Source: Sphagnum compactum (taxonomy: Eukaryota). Taken from it: a stretch of 64,000 nt of DNA. The stretch covers positions 5,766,001-5,830,000 of the forward strand of contig OZ234494.1 of assembly GCA_965153455.1 (NCBI GenBank), in the 5' to 3' direction. Of this stretch, positions 11,981 through 26,252 are shown one piece after another (within the stretch, counting starts at the first letter, position 1; each line of letters opens with the position of its first letter). Made by a program: the position numbers and the translations under genes. The notes below the pieces were generated by a model, which did not search any database, was not told the DNA's origin, and saw nothing but the letters and a program-made list of their open reading frames with translations.

Positions 11981-14900
11981 ATGGAGATGGATGACGATTC
12001 GGGACACTCCTCGCACAAGCGGAAGCTGCACCAAGTACTCCCGGGTGGCTCCTTGAAAGGAACTTCATCGAGGAAATTAGTCAAGATGACTTCGATGTCT
12101 AGCGCTGCTGCTGGCAACACCAGCTACACCACCACCACCACCACCACCACTAGCGAAAACGTTGCATCCCAGCTGCTGCTGGAAGAAGAAGACCAACAAC
12201 AACAACAACAACAACAGTGTCACCACCACAAGAAGTTGCAAAGCTCCAGTTCACTCACACTAACTGGCAAGTCGACATTCACAGGTATAAACACAACCGA
12301 GTCGAATTGCTTGCTAACAAACTCAAGACAGGATCAAGATCATCACCACGTCTTCCAGTTGCTACTGCAGAGCTCAGCTTGAGAAACTTTGTAGAGACCT
12401 GGCGACATGATCTGGATGATGAGTTCTGAAAGTTCCATTGCTCAATTTTTGTTTTGCAGCCATTGTTGGAACCACGTATGAGATTGATCAGAAATGTCTA
12501 CCACCAGAAGCTCCCCACGACATCCAATGCATTCGAGCTGTCTTGGTGAGTATGTGCAGACGGAGAGTTGAACGAAGTTCAAGGTCGCGCAATGCATGTA
12601 CTGGAACCATGTGGGTATTGTCAAACAAGACATCTTGAGACTCTCCGGGCAGAAAATCATGGACCCAAAACAAGAATTGCGAATGTCTGCTGTCAGAACC
12701 CCGATCAGGATCCTGAACCAGATTTGCAATGCCACCTTCCTGCATTAGATGCAGATGTGATGCATACAGTTTGACGTGTTTGCACCATGTGTGAAATTCA
12801 ATTGGTAAATTCTTCTGTCTCTCGAAGATTCTACTTGAACTGCAATGACAAGACAATAGTAGTTTGTCTGGTGGTCTGATCATGTGCAGATATCAGAAGT
12901 GACAAAATTACACATCACTGTGAGTTACCCAAGCGCAGTATCTCTGAAGACATTCTACTCGAAGATGCAGAAGCATGATTGTATGGATCATCATGTGCAA
13001 AACACCCCAAGAAAGCTTACAAGGTACATGATGCAAATGGGCATTGCCGAGCCACTGATGGGGACAAAGCCTGAGTTGGATGTGAAATTCATCATGAGTC
13101 AGAAAGTAGCAGAGAGAGTTTTGGTGCGACCAATCTCTTGCACTGAGTATCTTCACCAGGCCCATCTCAAGGGGTTTTGGCTGACTGGACCTGACTCTAC
13201 CCAGAGCTCTGAGGCAAACTGCAAGGTTGATGTCATGACAAGTCTGAACCTCTTAACTGAGCATGCCTGGGGTGATGGTTGTAAAGAGGAGGAGGACAAG
13301 ATGCATCTTCAGAAGCCGAAGTTTGCAAGCTGTGTATTGCAGCAGGAATCATCTGCTGTCAAACACCAATCATCATCTAAAACAGTCCATAAAGATGGCA
13401 GCATTGATGCTATGGCAGCAGCAGTGAAAGGGGAGAAATTAGTGAGCAGCCAAGACCCATGTGCAAATTGTGCTGATGGTCCCCAGGTATCAGGTTCCAC
13501 AAACTTCAAGCAACATGGAAAAGGTTATACAAATGAGGTCAAAGCTTGGAGAAGTGTAAGTTCCACATCACCCAATGATCCAGATGCAATTTTTCAGAGT
13601 GGCATTACTACAGAAGATCAGATGAAGATGGAGAAGGTCCAGGAAAGTTCAGCCTTGGTGACAGTAACTGCTGCAGCTGAGCTCTTGACCCAGCTAACAA
13701 ACACTAGTCCAGATGCTGCAGCTGGTGGTCACATTACTGCTGCTGTTACAGAAGAGACCAATGCCACAGAAGTCCAGCCTGCATGCAAAGAAGCAAGTGA
13801 TGATCAGCCCTTTATTCGTTGGGGGTTCAGGAAGAAGGTGACCTTTGAGAGTAGGGCACGCAATCTGGACTGCACCTCATGTGGCATGGGTATGATGAAC
13901 AGCAACAATACACTGCACTCTCCCAAGGACAAAACCCCAGAGATTGCCCATCCAACAATGGAGGAACCTGGAAGTGAACACAAAGCTCCAGATAAGTATG
14001 TTCCCTACAACTTTAGCAGCCAGTGCAGCAAAAGCAACTGGTTAACTGGAGCAGCAAATCCAGCTGGTCCAACAGAATTGCATAGTCGGAGATCCTCAGT
14101 CGGAAGAGCCAATGGAATGAAGCGAATGCTGATATCTCATGCTGCAAACATTGCTCATACCAGTGTGAGAGTCAAACAAAACAGACCTCCGAGCCATGGC
14201 ACTGGCACTCTCAAACTCCCTAAAGATATGCAAGGCCGATGGTCCAGTGAGAGGTCTGTCAAGCCAGCGCTCTTCTCAACATGCTTGTGCTCTGCAGCAT
14301 TTGGTGATCTATCTCTTGATTGATTTCATTCAGTCTTTGCATAGTAAGACTTGGAAGTTCCATGTTTCTAGGCCTCTCTGGAAATGCCAATGTGATGAAA
14401 CTTCACATGTCAAACACATGTAAAGAATGATTCACCTGCCTGATCTGATGTCCCCAGGTACAAGTCAGCGCAGCTGAAGCTGATTAGCATCATGCATGCA
14501 CGTGGAACAGTACCAGGCAAGCCAATTTTGAGGCCTGCACTGAGAGAGGAGGCAAGAAAGCACATTGGTGATACTGGCCTACTCGACCACCTTCTAAAAC
14601 ACATGACAGACACAGTTGTGAGCACAGGGGAGCGCTTTCGACGGCGACATAATGCTGAAGGGGCTATGGAGTACTGGCTTGAGGATGCCAACCTGATGGA
14701 GCTACGAAAAGCTGCTGGTGTTGAGGACCCCTCTTGGCTCCCTCCCGCTGGCTGGAAGCCCGGTGACACACTTCCTGGAAGACCTTGGGACTTTTGTTGG
14801 GGAATGACTGCATGTGAAGCTGCAGAGATGAAGCAACTCAAACAGGCAGTGGAGAAGCTCAAGAGGTACTTAGGGTCAAGTGGGTCATATCTTTTCAGCT

Positions 14901-17707
14901 CCATATGAACTGTACTCAGTATATGCAACATCATTTGTCTTTCTCATGATTCTTGATTGACAGCACCTGTCATCATGTGCCAACTTGAAAGGAAGAGTTG
15001 GAATCAGAGTAAATGCAGATTCAGTAGATCATGAACTTGTGTGTTTGGAGAAATGAGTAGCGATCTTCTTCCCACCTCTAGCTTACCATGCTACTGGATC
15101 AACATCCATAATGCCTTTTCTCTTGTGGGTTTAAGTGAGATGAGGTTTCTATGCGGGCGATTCAAAGCTGGATCGAAACGAAAGCTGGGAGCCATGGCTC
15201 AGAGTTCTGTCACTGTTCAGAAGAAGCTGCTGTCTGACAACATTGACAATCTTCCAAGTACAGGGGATGGCAGTAAAATGGATGCGGCACTGACAGAGGT
15301 ATGATGGCAACTTCATTCATACTTGACCAAAACTTGAATGATTTGACCCAGACAGGTTTTCTTCAGTGTTTTAGATTGCTTTCCATGCATGCATCTCTAG
15401 GTGGTTTTGACTTCAATGTGCCCTTGGAACACATTGAATTTCTCTTAGGAGCGATGTTTCTGACTTCACTTGAACTCATCCACTGGACTTTCTGTTTTGC
15501 AGAAGATCAGGACCAGGACAGAAATGGTCAATTTCAAAACTGAATTGACTAGTCCAGCGCATGCACAACAACATGACCAACAGACTAAGCCAGAGTAAGT
15601 GCTGACCCATGTGAATGTTGAACTGCTATTGGACTGAGCAGATCGTGATAAGCTGCATGATATTTCATTTAGAGATCTCAAAGATGTCTGCAGAGAGAAT
15701 CACTCAAATGGTGCATTGGACCCATGATGTTGGAAACAGATCTTCTGGTGCCATTACTTTGGAACGCTTTCACACTCTTGAAAACCAAGTACAGCAGCTC
15801 TCTCAGGTATGCTCCAGTCTATATGCATCTTCAAATGGATACATCTAGCTACAAGAATTCCACTGCATAAAGGCAAGATATTCACTGGCATCCAGGTACT
15901 CGAAAGTGCAGCACATTCTGAAACCCAAAGGCATATATAGACAAGAGCAAGTCCTGTGTCTGATGTTTTGGCTCCTGCTAGTCCTCTACATGACTATAGA
16001 CCACGAAAACTTGAGGCTCAAGATAAGATGTGATAGTGGTACACTCGTTGCAGGAGTGCAAAATGCAACAATTAGCTGGACAATCAACAGCTGTAAACAA
16101 TGTAAACAACATAGAGTTGGAAGAACAACTTCAAGATGCACATCGAGCTATTGAAACCGTGCAAGTATGTGATTCCTCTTATTGAGTTGGAACGTGCACC
16201 CAGGATGTTTTTCCTAGAGGGATTTGTGTGCTAGAATACTTGCAAGGTGGCAGCTCACCAATGTGTTATGTTATCAACCGGATCTTCTGTGAAAACCAGG
16301 AAAGTAACTCATCATTGCACTTTACAGGCACAAGTCAATTGCATAATGAAGTTTCTTCAATTCTCAACATATCCAGATGTTGAAGCAAGGGCAAGTCTAC
16401 CTCTAAAACCACTTGATGTGAGTGCTGAGATCAATCCCATGCCTTTGATATGTATTGGGGAGGGTGCCCAATGTGGGGCAATTGCAAATGCACTGTCTAA
16501 CAAAGCCTGCCACACTCCAGCAAGCTCTTGTGTCCATGGAGTTGGATCAGTGCCTGTCAAGCATGATATGTCCCTGCCAAAGCCAACAGGCAAAGGTCTG
16601 AGCAGTAGTACCATAAGTGACAGCAACACCAGTGCCCCTGCAAGTGTAGATGACACTAATACAGCAAGGCTTCAATGTCTGGCAAGAGTTGATTCATATT
16701 GCAATCCAGAAGTGGTCAGCCAGCCCCTCCAGACGCTGGCAGCCAGTGAAAACAGAATCAAAATGGACCCAGTTGCAAATATGGTATCTTCTTCTCCTGC
16801 TGCTCCTCATTGCTACACTGCTGCCACTTCTCAGCAAAACCAATGTAATCCTTCTGAAGGGAGGAACACTCAAGGCACATCATGGAGAAACAGACCAACT
16901 GGTTTTAAAGTATGCCGTCCGCCAGGGAGTTTTATTTGGCCAAACATGATGTCTGTTAGCAACAGTGATGTGAAAAACACTGGATTGAACGCAGCTGCTC
17001 AGGTGCCTCAATCAGTAGAGGATGTGGTAGGCAATTTGCCAAGGATGTATGGTGGATCTCTGCCTGCAATGATCTCATCAATGGGACAATTGGCCAGCAA
17101 TTCTGGTCAATCTGCTGGGGATTCTTGTGTTGCTGCATCAATTCCAGGAAAATTCAGTTGCATGCCACAAGAATCAGCTGCTGCAGCTGGATCTCCAAAG
17201 CTGGAGAATTTAAAGCACATGACCCAGACAAGCGCTTCCTTGTGCCGTTTAGTACAAGTGAAACCAAGGTCAATGAAGCGTGTCACTCACATTGAACCAA
17301 GAGCCAATTGGAGTGGATTACATAATCATGCATTTATGGAAAAAACCATGTGTGCAGGTGACATGTCTAGCCCAGTTGCTCAAACATCCTTTCCAATCAG
17401 TCATCCAACAAGGGTTCCAGCAGCACCAGCAGACACGGGCATTGGTACTTTGGAAGGGGCTTCTCCATTGAGGTCTCTGCCTTTCTTGAGTATGGCAGGT
17501 GAGTCTGGAATCATGCAGGCTATGGTATTGCCTGGAAATCATCGGACAGCAGCTGTGCCTTACTCTACAGGTCCAGTGCAGTGCCCAGCATCTCTCAGAA
17601 GCAATGCAGGCCCTTCAATCTCCCTCTCATTGTCACTATCTCTCTGCTCTCCAGCTTCTACTACTGACCATGTGGGTAAGCCAGTTGTGGGTAATCTTTC
17701 CCCCTGA
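11981..17707 (+). CDS. SWI1: SWI1/DYAD/AMEIOTIC1-family meiotic protein. Exons 11981-12284, 12460-12545, 12890-14253, 14458-14865, 15136-15298, ~15675-15806 (uncertain), 16054-16164, 16328-17707; about 1315 aa
   Basis: N-terminal family motif GTTYEIDQKCLPPEAPHDIQCIRAVL|ISEVTKLHITVSYPS. Core GRWSSER|YKSAQLKL…ILRPALREEARKHIGDTGLLDHLLKHM…RFRRRHNAEGAMEYWLE…DPSWLPPAGWKPGD. Late motif GFKVCRPPGSFIWP. GT-AG junctions are in phase except for ambiguity at 15300-15700. Confidence 0.9.
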
Positions 17708-17988
17708 GGTAACTACTATCTAGCAGTGCATTCTGTGTATGTGTGTGGGATATTCCCAATCTCAAGGATTGATTTTTTTTGGCAAAATAACTTCTGATTG
17801 TATCAATCTGGGAAAGGTACTTTACATTCAAAGTTTCAGTTTACAAAGGGCTATCTAGAGACGTTTTGGACTGATCTTCAAACAGCTTCAACCAGTGGGC
17901 TATACTGGAGGAATGTGCTCAGATATATGGAACAATTCTGGCTCTTGATTCATGCATGGGTCACATTGCCCCTTTACTGTTGTAATCC

Positions 17989-18016
17989 TTCTCTCTCTCT
18001 CTCTCTCTCTCTCTCT
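17989..18016. repeat. (CT)n microsatellite
   Basis: Directly visible. Confidence 0.95.
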
Positions 18017-18899
18017 AAAAACTACTGTCTAGACAGTTTTTCAGACCCTCATGACATTGGTTATTAAAGTGTGCTCTGAGCAGCTACAATTGTCTAACCA
18101 CTGGTGGGGTGAGGCTTGCTGTGTTTGTGACAGTATCTACCACATCTGGACACAGTTTCTTGCTCCTCTAAAACAGCCTTGCAGATTGTGTTTTTGGTGT
18201 TTTTGGGTACTGTGGCTATTTTGCTCTCTCTCTCCCTCACTCCATGACTTACTGTTGCCAATTGCTTCTGGACTCTCTCCACATGTACCATTGTTGATTT
18301 GGAGTTATCAGCAGTAGTGTGCTGTTGTTGTGCTCTACTGCATTGCAGTAACCAGCAGCTAGTTCCGACCTTCCCAAGTGATATGCTGACAAATTTCATT
18401 TTCCAAAGACATGTACCATATTTGAGTACTTGATGAGGATTGTGTCATTGATTGCCCTTTTTTGGACAAAGTGAGTTCTTTTGGTTCACTAATTATTCAT
18501 GTTTGGATTCGTGACTTTTGTTTCCAATTCCTTAACTGAAAGGGAAGAAGCTGGCCAACAGCGTTGTAGTGATTCCTGTAGGTACATGAACACAAAGCTT
18601 TGACTTAAAGAAGCTTTGACATGTTCACAACATTTTAAAGTCTTGTTTCAAAGTACCCACATGTTTTTCTTTCTTTCAATGCTGAGTTTTAGTTTCAGTT
18701 TTCAACACTAAGAACGCACTTTAAACACATAAAATCTTCACGAAAGATAGCTAATTTTGTGAAGAATTTTCTCTTTGCACTCTCTTGAGGATTTTTTTTT
18801 GCGGTATAGTGATGCAATTTTTCATCGTTGGGAGTTGCATCAAAGATAATGCTATACATGTACAAGAAATAATACCAATTATTTAAATCCAAACATGTG

Positions 18900-21800
18900 G
18901 GCTAACCTGGTGGGATAATGCTACTAAAGAAACAAGTTATGATTGTTACCAATCAACTGTTGTGGTTCGAATCCCTTTCTTGAATTCTTTCCATATGAAG
19001 TGATAACAACTCTTCCATAAAAAACCACGACATCACATTGACAGAAATCAATCCAACTTGAGTAAAAACAATTGATGTCCAGATTTGAGATATGGTGAAG
19101 AAACAATATGTCTTGACTCATAAGCAGCTTAGGGACATGTTGAACACCATAGTTCTAAATATTTGACATTACATGATATCATCTACATTTATATTTTTAG
19201 TTGGTGTAAATGTAAAGGGCAAGGCAATATCACGGGACAAGTGTTATCAAGCGAATTCATTCAGTTGTTTCTTGGGCCCTTTAATGCAATGTTATGCATT
19301 GGCTACACATGCACAAAATGTCCACATTGAAAATGTCCAAAGTGGTTGCAAGAAGGTGCATTGTTAAAGACTTAAGCATTACGCAGTTGGACACGAGATG
19401 ACAAAGAATGTTAAGACAATTAAGATGGAACAATGTACACTCACTAATTTATATAGGAGGTTCCACTTTGGAAACAATTGACCTAATGCTATAAAATAAT
19501 ATCCAAACCTGGAAGGAAGGATTTCACTAAGAAAAATTAGATTCATGTGGGTGCGTCATTATCATTATGCTTGTAAACATGAACCAATAAAAGCTTATTT
19601 GCCAATAACACGAGGGTGGTCAAGAATATTTAACAACAATTACAAAATGTTTTTAAATAAATGACAACCCTTTCAACATGGAGCACATATGGTATGGAGA
19701 GTCTAGTTCCTAATTTTTGGACCTTGAGAACTCTAGTCCTCTAAAGATTTTTAAGAATATGTTTTGCATAATGTGATGCAAAAGCTTTTCTAAGGTAATG
19801 AGTAGTCTTTGGTTCTACGCCCTATATGCTCACCATCATTGATGTGCAACAATTATTATAATGATTATGTTACTATTGAAGCACATTGCTCTAATCCGTC
19901 AAATAAACACAATTGATGCATATATGTTGATATGGGATCTAAAGGGGAAGAATTTCCATAGCATCCAATTACCATGTAGGCCCACATGGTAATTACAAAA
20001 CACTTTTTCAAACCTTTGGAAAAATATTTAGCAATTTTCATTCATCTTTTCCATTGTGCCAACATGACAATTCCCCTTAAGAACAACACTTCTAGAGAAG
20101 TAACAAATAATTACACGTTGCATCATGATGAATATTAAAAGATTCTTTTCTTGCAATTTTTACATAATGCAAAATCTAGATGGTATTTTCAAACATAACC
20201 ATAAAGCACAAAATTTGATGTCGAGACATTAGGTTGCAAACAAGATCTATTCAAGACATACCTATATGCATACCAATATTTTAGAATTTAAAAATTGACT
20301 AAAGATGAAAAAAGATTAATACAAATTTTTTTGTCCTTTGTGAAAGGACATCCATATTATAGCCTAATTTTAAAATGTGTGTTTAGTTCACATATGCTAT
20401 TCATATAATAAACATATGGCCAAAGGTCAAATATAGCCTTGCAAGATATATGTCATTTAAGGTAGGCGCCAAAAATAAACACATCATCATTTAATTCAAT
20501 GATTTTGAATGATGCAAAAAATGAAGAATATTTATGAAACAACAAGTTTGGGAAAAACATAGTTGATTATACATTCATATTATATTTCCTTGCAAATATG
20601 TATATTTTTTATTTGCATAGTTCAAACAACCTAGATGTGCAGTAGATGAATGAATTTCATGTCGTGGGTTAGCACTATGGGTTTAAATTCAACAAGTTGC
20701 AAACCTTGTTAGAATGATTTCAATGACGTTGTTAATGTCTATTCATTATTGTTTATAGTCCTTGGCTAGTTAAGGTATTGAATGTCTAAGGTACATCATG
20801 AATTTTGTGCAAGTTTCAAACATGTCTTGCAATAAGCAAATCAAGTTAATGAAGACGAAAACAATGTGGCGTAGAATGTCATGATGCAAAATTATACACA
20901 ACTTAAGAAAAAATGGAAGTAACTTCCCTTGTTGTGTTCTAGTCAAAACATAAAACATGTAATGAGCTCAAGAAAGACAATTCAAACTTGTCCCATATTT
21001 GGTAATATGTACAAATTACATGCAAAAAAATAGAAGGTGCAATTAAACTATTGAATAAAAAAGTAAATTTTATAATTTACTTAAATGTAAATAAGGTGTT
21101 GGGTTGTCACATCAACATCTATTTGGAGGCATTGCTTTGTTCATCAATCTTGATGCATAGGTTAACATTTTCACAATTTAAAAAAATTGAAACAATTGTT
21201 ACCACTACCATGTTCCCATATTTAATGAACAAATATTTAAATGACCTCATAAATTACACACATCGAATTTGGGCCAACGAATTTGAAATTAACCATAATG
21301 TACCACATGGACAATAAATTTGCAACTATAGTTACAAATTTATAGATAGAATTTTCACGATTACTTCAATTTTTTTCCATTATCCATATTACAATTAGTC
21401 AACTTTCTATATATATGGTTAAAAATTTCGTGCTTCATGTCTAGTTCATGTAGCAAATTTTGGCTAAAACTTTTGTAGGATCACCATTTTTTCAACCACC
21501 TCCTAGGAATAATTGTCATTTAAGCTACATTTAAAAACTCAAAAAAAAACTTTGTTGCTTATTATGCATTTTTTGTCATTAAATATGTTAATTGCTATAA
21601 AAATTTGGAATTTTTTTCCAAGTGTATGCTTGATGAATTTTGTTGACTTTATAGGGAAATAATTACCAATTTTTCAATATCACAAAATTGAAAAAAAACC
21701 CCTAGTCCAAGCATTGTTAGTCACAAGCTAAAGAGGTTGTAAATCATGGGTGCCCATGTCTAGCTTGCAACTAAACATGTTCAACTTATGATCAAATTTT

Positions 21801-24800
21801 GGTCATAAGTTGCACAATGAATACCCATGATCGCCAACTTGCAACCAAATTTCAAAACTCTTGGACCACATCCCTTGTCATGCCTTATCCTTCCTTGCAA
21901 GCTTAAGGCTAATCTCACAACATATATTATGGATATATTTGTTTTGGTAAACAAATTTTGTTACCAATTGAATATTGAGTTTTGTAAATTTTGAAAATGT
22001 ATCTATGCATTTTTAAAAGTTTAATGATGAAAATTTGGAAAACAACAATGGCAATTCTTTTCTATCAACTTTTCTCATCCTCCAATATTTTTGTTGTTTT
22101 TTTTAGAAGTTAGAATATATTTGTTAGCTTCAAAAATTCCAAAGTAATGGACAAATTTCTCTTAAAAGCCTTTAGTATGAATAACATTTTTTTAAAGAAT
22201 CTTGAGGAACATAATAGTAGACCCAATCAACAAGTTGTTGGTAGTACCCCCAAGTCAAGCCCAATGGCAAAAGACATCATGATAATGCTTTCACATCCTC
22301 ACCATCAAGTTTGAAACCCAATATCTTTGTGCTCCCAAAGATTATTTATGGTCAAGGTTCAACTTCACATCTTGTTAATGTAACAATTTTTTTTGACTCA
22401 ATCATCAAACTTCATCTATCTCTTTCACTTCTAAACTTGTAGGCTACACTTCAACCCATTTTTTTCTTTTATCTTTGGCTATCTTGATTTTTTTTACTTC
22501 TTGTGAATCTATTAAATTACTTCTTGTGCTTCTAACTTTTTTTATTGCAACTTGAAACCATGCAAAATTTATTTATAACTTGAAGATTGAAAAGTAAATT
22601 TTTCTTGAATGTGGAACTTTTAAATTCACAAGTTATTTGTGAATGTGCATTTTGTCATGACATGAATTTTAATTTTTAAAATGAGGTTAACATGATGTTC
22701 TTTCCAACCTTATTCACACATTTTGTTTTGTCATTGTGTTTTTAAATTTTTGTAACTATTTTGTTATCCAAATGTAAAGGGAATTTGTGTAATAATACTT
22801 TGAATGAATAAAAAACAGATTTCTTTAATGGGAATATTTATTTTTTTAAAAACATTTCAAAATATTAAATTAATTATGATTCAGATGTCTAATTCGTATT
22901 TCAATCCAACATTATATAAAACATTTGAAAACTTGGAGTGTTCATTAAAATATTAAAAAGTAACCAATTACGAAAAGAAATACATAATAGTTTATGAAAA
23001 TTACTCTTTTATTTGACTAAGAAAAAATCTAAAAACCCTTAAAATATAAATCACTAACAAATGTCTTTACATACAACAAGGAATAGATGTAAAGAATCAT
23101 GTGACTTCATTTTGGAACATATTTTAAATCAATTTCAATTGTTTAATCACATGCATGGCCATCTTGTAAGGCACTTGAATAGAGTTTTGTAGAATTTTAT
23201 TAAACTTCCACTAAAACATCAAGGAACATTTATATAATGCATGAAAATATTAGCTTATATGTATGTCTCTTGTTCATACCTACATCTTCCCAACCAAACT
23301 ACCTCATTTATTTCCCTTGCCCACCTATATGGATATAAGAAGGCAAATTAACATGTGCCTTTTCACATCTATGTTATCTATATTAAGAGAATTCAATAAC
23401 TTGTTTCTTTCAAGCCTATCTCTTAAGTTTTTTTCCCTTGCACATCTACATGGACATGAAAAGGCCACAATTTTGATATCTAGCATTTAAAGTGTGATGA
23501 ACCATATGGGAACATAAGAAAAAAAAGAATAGAGGATGTGGGAAGGGGGAATTTTGTTCAATATGGCATAGAGTCTTCTTGTATCAAATGCACAAATGAA
23601 GCGACACTAGAATCCTTCTCTAACATCAATTTGTTAAAGGTTGTGGCACACTCATGCCTTTGGCTCATATTGTGTTTCCACAAACCATTTTTTGGGTAGA
23701 TGTTCAGAGAAAAGGCTTTGTGTACAAAAGAGTCCCAACTTCCCTCACCCATATGGCTCGAGAAAGGGGACTTTTGAATTGGGTTTATGATTGTTGTTTA
23801 AGTATACATAGAGTTGGATTTTTTTGTATAATGTCAAGAATAGCTATTGGAAGTGTTGTATATTACTTACTGAAATCTATGAAAGAATCTACTTGAGAAT
23901 TTCTTGTTCATGGTAGAAGAATTCACCATTCCAATCTTTGGTTTGCAAAATTCTTTTGACCTAAGTTCAATAAATGTCTAAGAATTTGTACATAAAATGT
24001 AACAACACTCATGTCAAGCTCTTTGTATTTCTACAAAGTTTTTTCTCTATTATTTAACAATTGTGAGTTTCTTGGGTATTCCCATTATTTTTTTTGTGGA
24101 ACATCATTCAACTTCAATCTTCTTTTTAACATCTTTCTCAAGTACCCCCCATACATATTTAAACCAATTGTGGAGCATGTGTGTTATCGATTTTAATATA
24201 CTAGATTTGAAATAGCTTTGATAAAAGAAGAGTCTTGTTCCTTTTGAAAAATGGATAAAAACTTTGGTGTAGATTCATGGAGAGAAGGAGCTCCCTCATG
24301 GGATTATATTAACAACAAATTGTATTTGACAATTCTCTTACTAGAATCATGTGCTTTAAAGAGCACCCTTCCATGTCTACAACAACAAGAAGCTTGAAGG
24401 ATGGACAATGTGTGAGTCTAGTTCAATACAATCATTGGGCAATTTGAGTCACTTGGAAAGGTCAACAAAAACTTGCAAGATTTGGCAAGAGGGTGGGTGC
24501 ATTAAACAAGGATCTCTCCATTGCCACATTCATGTCATCACAAATTTCATTTGTGATACAACAATGTTCAAAAACTTTTTGCTTCAAATCCATGAAGGCT
24601 TCATCTTTATGGAACAACTCTATGCATATAGTTCATCATGTATAGATCACCATTTTTGAAATTTGAGCTTGTTTGGCTAAGATGGCATTTTCTTACATTT
24701 CAAAGAAATTTTTTTCCTCACTTGAGAAAAAATTATTGCATTATGATATATGAATGATTATGAATTAAGAGTGTGTGGTGTATATGAACATTGATCAATA

Positions 24801-26200
24801 GACAAATTGAAGTGTTTTGGACCATGATTAATGGGTCTTGTTTGAACTCAATAATTCATGTTCTCACTTTCTATCCTCCAAAATTCAACTACAAAATTAT
24901 ATGCAACCTACTACCCATAAAGTATTTGAAAAGTCTTCTGATTGTGAAAGTAAATCATTGTTGCTTATAAATTACATGAAAAGGAAGTTGGTTTATTCAC
25001 ACTCTTCCTACCTTCTTATTTCTTCAATCTTTAGCTCTTCCTAATTCTATCCATATGGAAAGTATGAAAAATGTGTCTTTATACCCATGAATGCCACAAA
25101 TGTTGCAAAGGTTCCCATAGTGTATAGGACAAATGGTGAACCTTTATGAACTTTTTTTTTTTCTTTCTCATCTCATGTGATTTAATTTTTTGGTTAATTC
25201 AAATTTTGTAAGAATTGAAAATCATTTTGAGCAAAAAATATTTGTTTCAATATTTCCATGTCAAGAAAATTATGCTACATTGAGTCACATGTGGTTTCAT
25301 GATGGAGGGGGGAATGGGTATTGCAAGATGGTGAACTGGTGGTAGAAATTGTTGCCTATGATTATTTATTTCCCACTTTTTGAGCCTTTGTTTTGATGGT
25401 TTTAACATTGGAACTATGGAAAGATATGCAAGAAGTACAATGCAAGAAAATTTAATATCTTTTATTACAAAAATGAAGGAACATTATTCAAATCTAGCAA
25501 ATGACATTGAGATATGAGCAATATTCTAGAAGATGTTATCTAATATTTATGGTATCAAAAATGGCAAAAAATAAAACATGTTAAATGAAAATTTGAAAGA
25601 GTATAAAATAAAATGGATATTTCATAACCAATTCTTAAAACAATTTGATTCAAACCTACAAAAACAAACAGATTAGTAGATTACACAAATTTACTAATTT
25701 TATTAATAAGTTGTGAAATTCCCATCAATTTTGTAAAATCATCTCATTTTCAACACATTATGATTAATTACAATATATGGTCTCAAATAATTGACAATGC
25801 AACCATTTGCATATTCTAGTGGACAAATATGGACTATATTTTGAGATGAGGTTAATATGAAATTGGTATTGACCATGGCAAGAATGCTCAATTTTTATTT
25901 TAAAAATTAGCCTTTCAGCTTAATTTTTTTCTTTTGGAATAAAATTTGTTGTAATTTTTGCAAAAATAATGAAAACAATTCTATAATCTATCTTTTAGTA
26001 GAACATGTATGTATGTGTGTAAGAATGCGTGCGCATGTGTGTGTGAAGAATTCATACATACCTAATATATCCCATGCTAATGTACCTCCATGCTTACACC
26101 TACAATGTTAAAATGATTGAATTTTGAATATTCTCATCATTAAACTAGCAATTAAATAGTTAATTTTTAAAAGAAATTGGGGGTGTGGTGTTCATATCTT
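18900..26200. other. AT-rich, CpG-depleted intergenic block, probably old transposon debris
   Basis: No long ORFs or phase-consistent exons; composition matches the transposon block at 1-11 kb. No family could be assigned. Confidence 0.45.
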
Positions 26201-26252
26201 TGCCAAGCCATCGATGAGTGCATTGAGGTGGTTATGTAACAAGATTTCACAA

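Noticed and set aside
18930..18985. tRNA gene (perfect B-box GGTTCGAATCCC at ~18964)
   Set aside because: No convincing A-box at the right spacing and no cloverleaf could be folded by eye.
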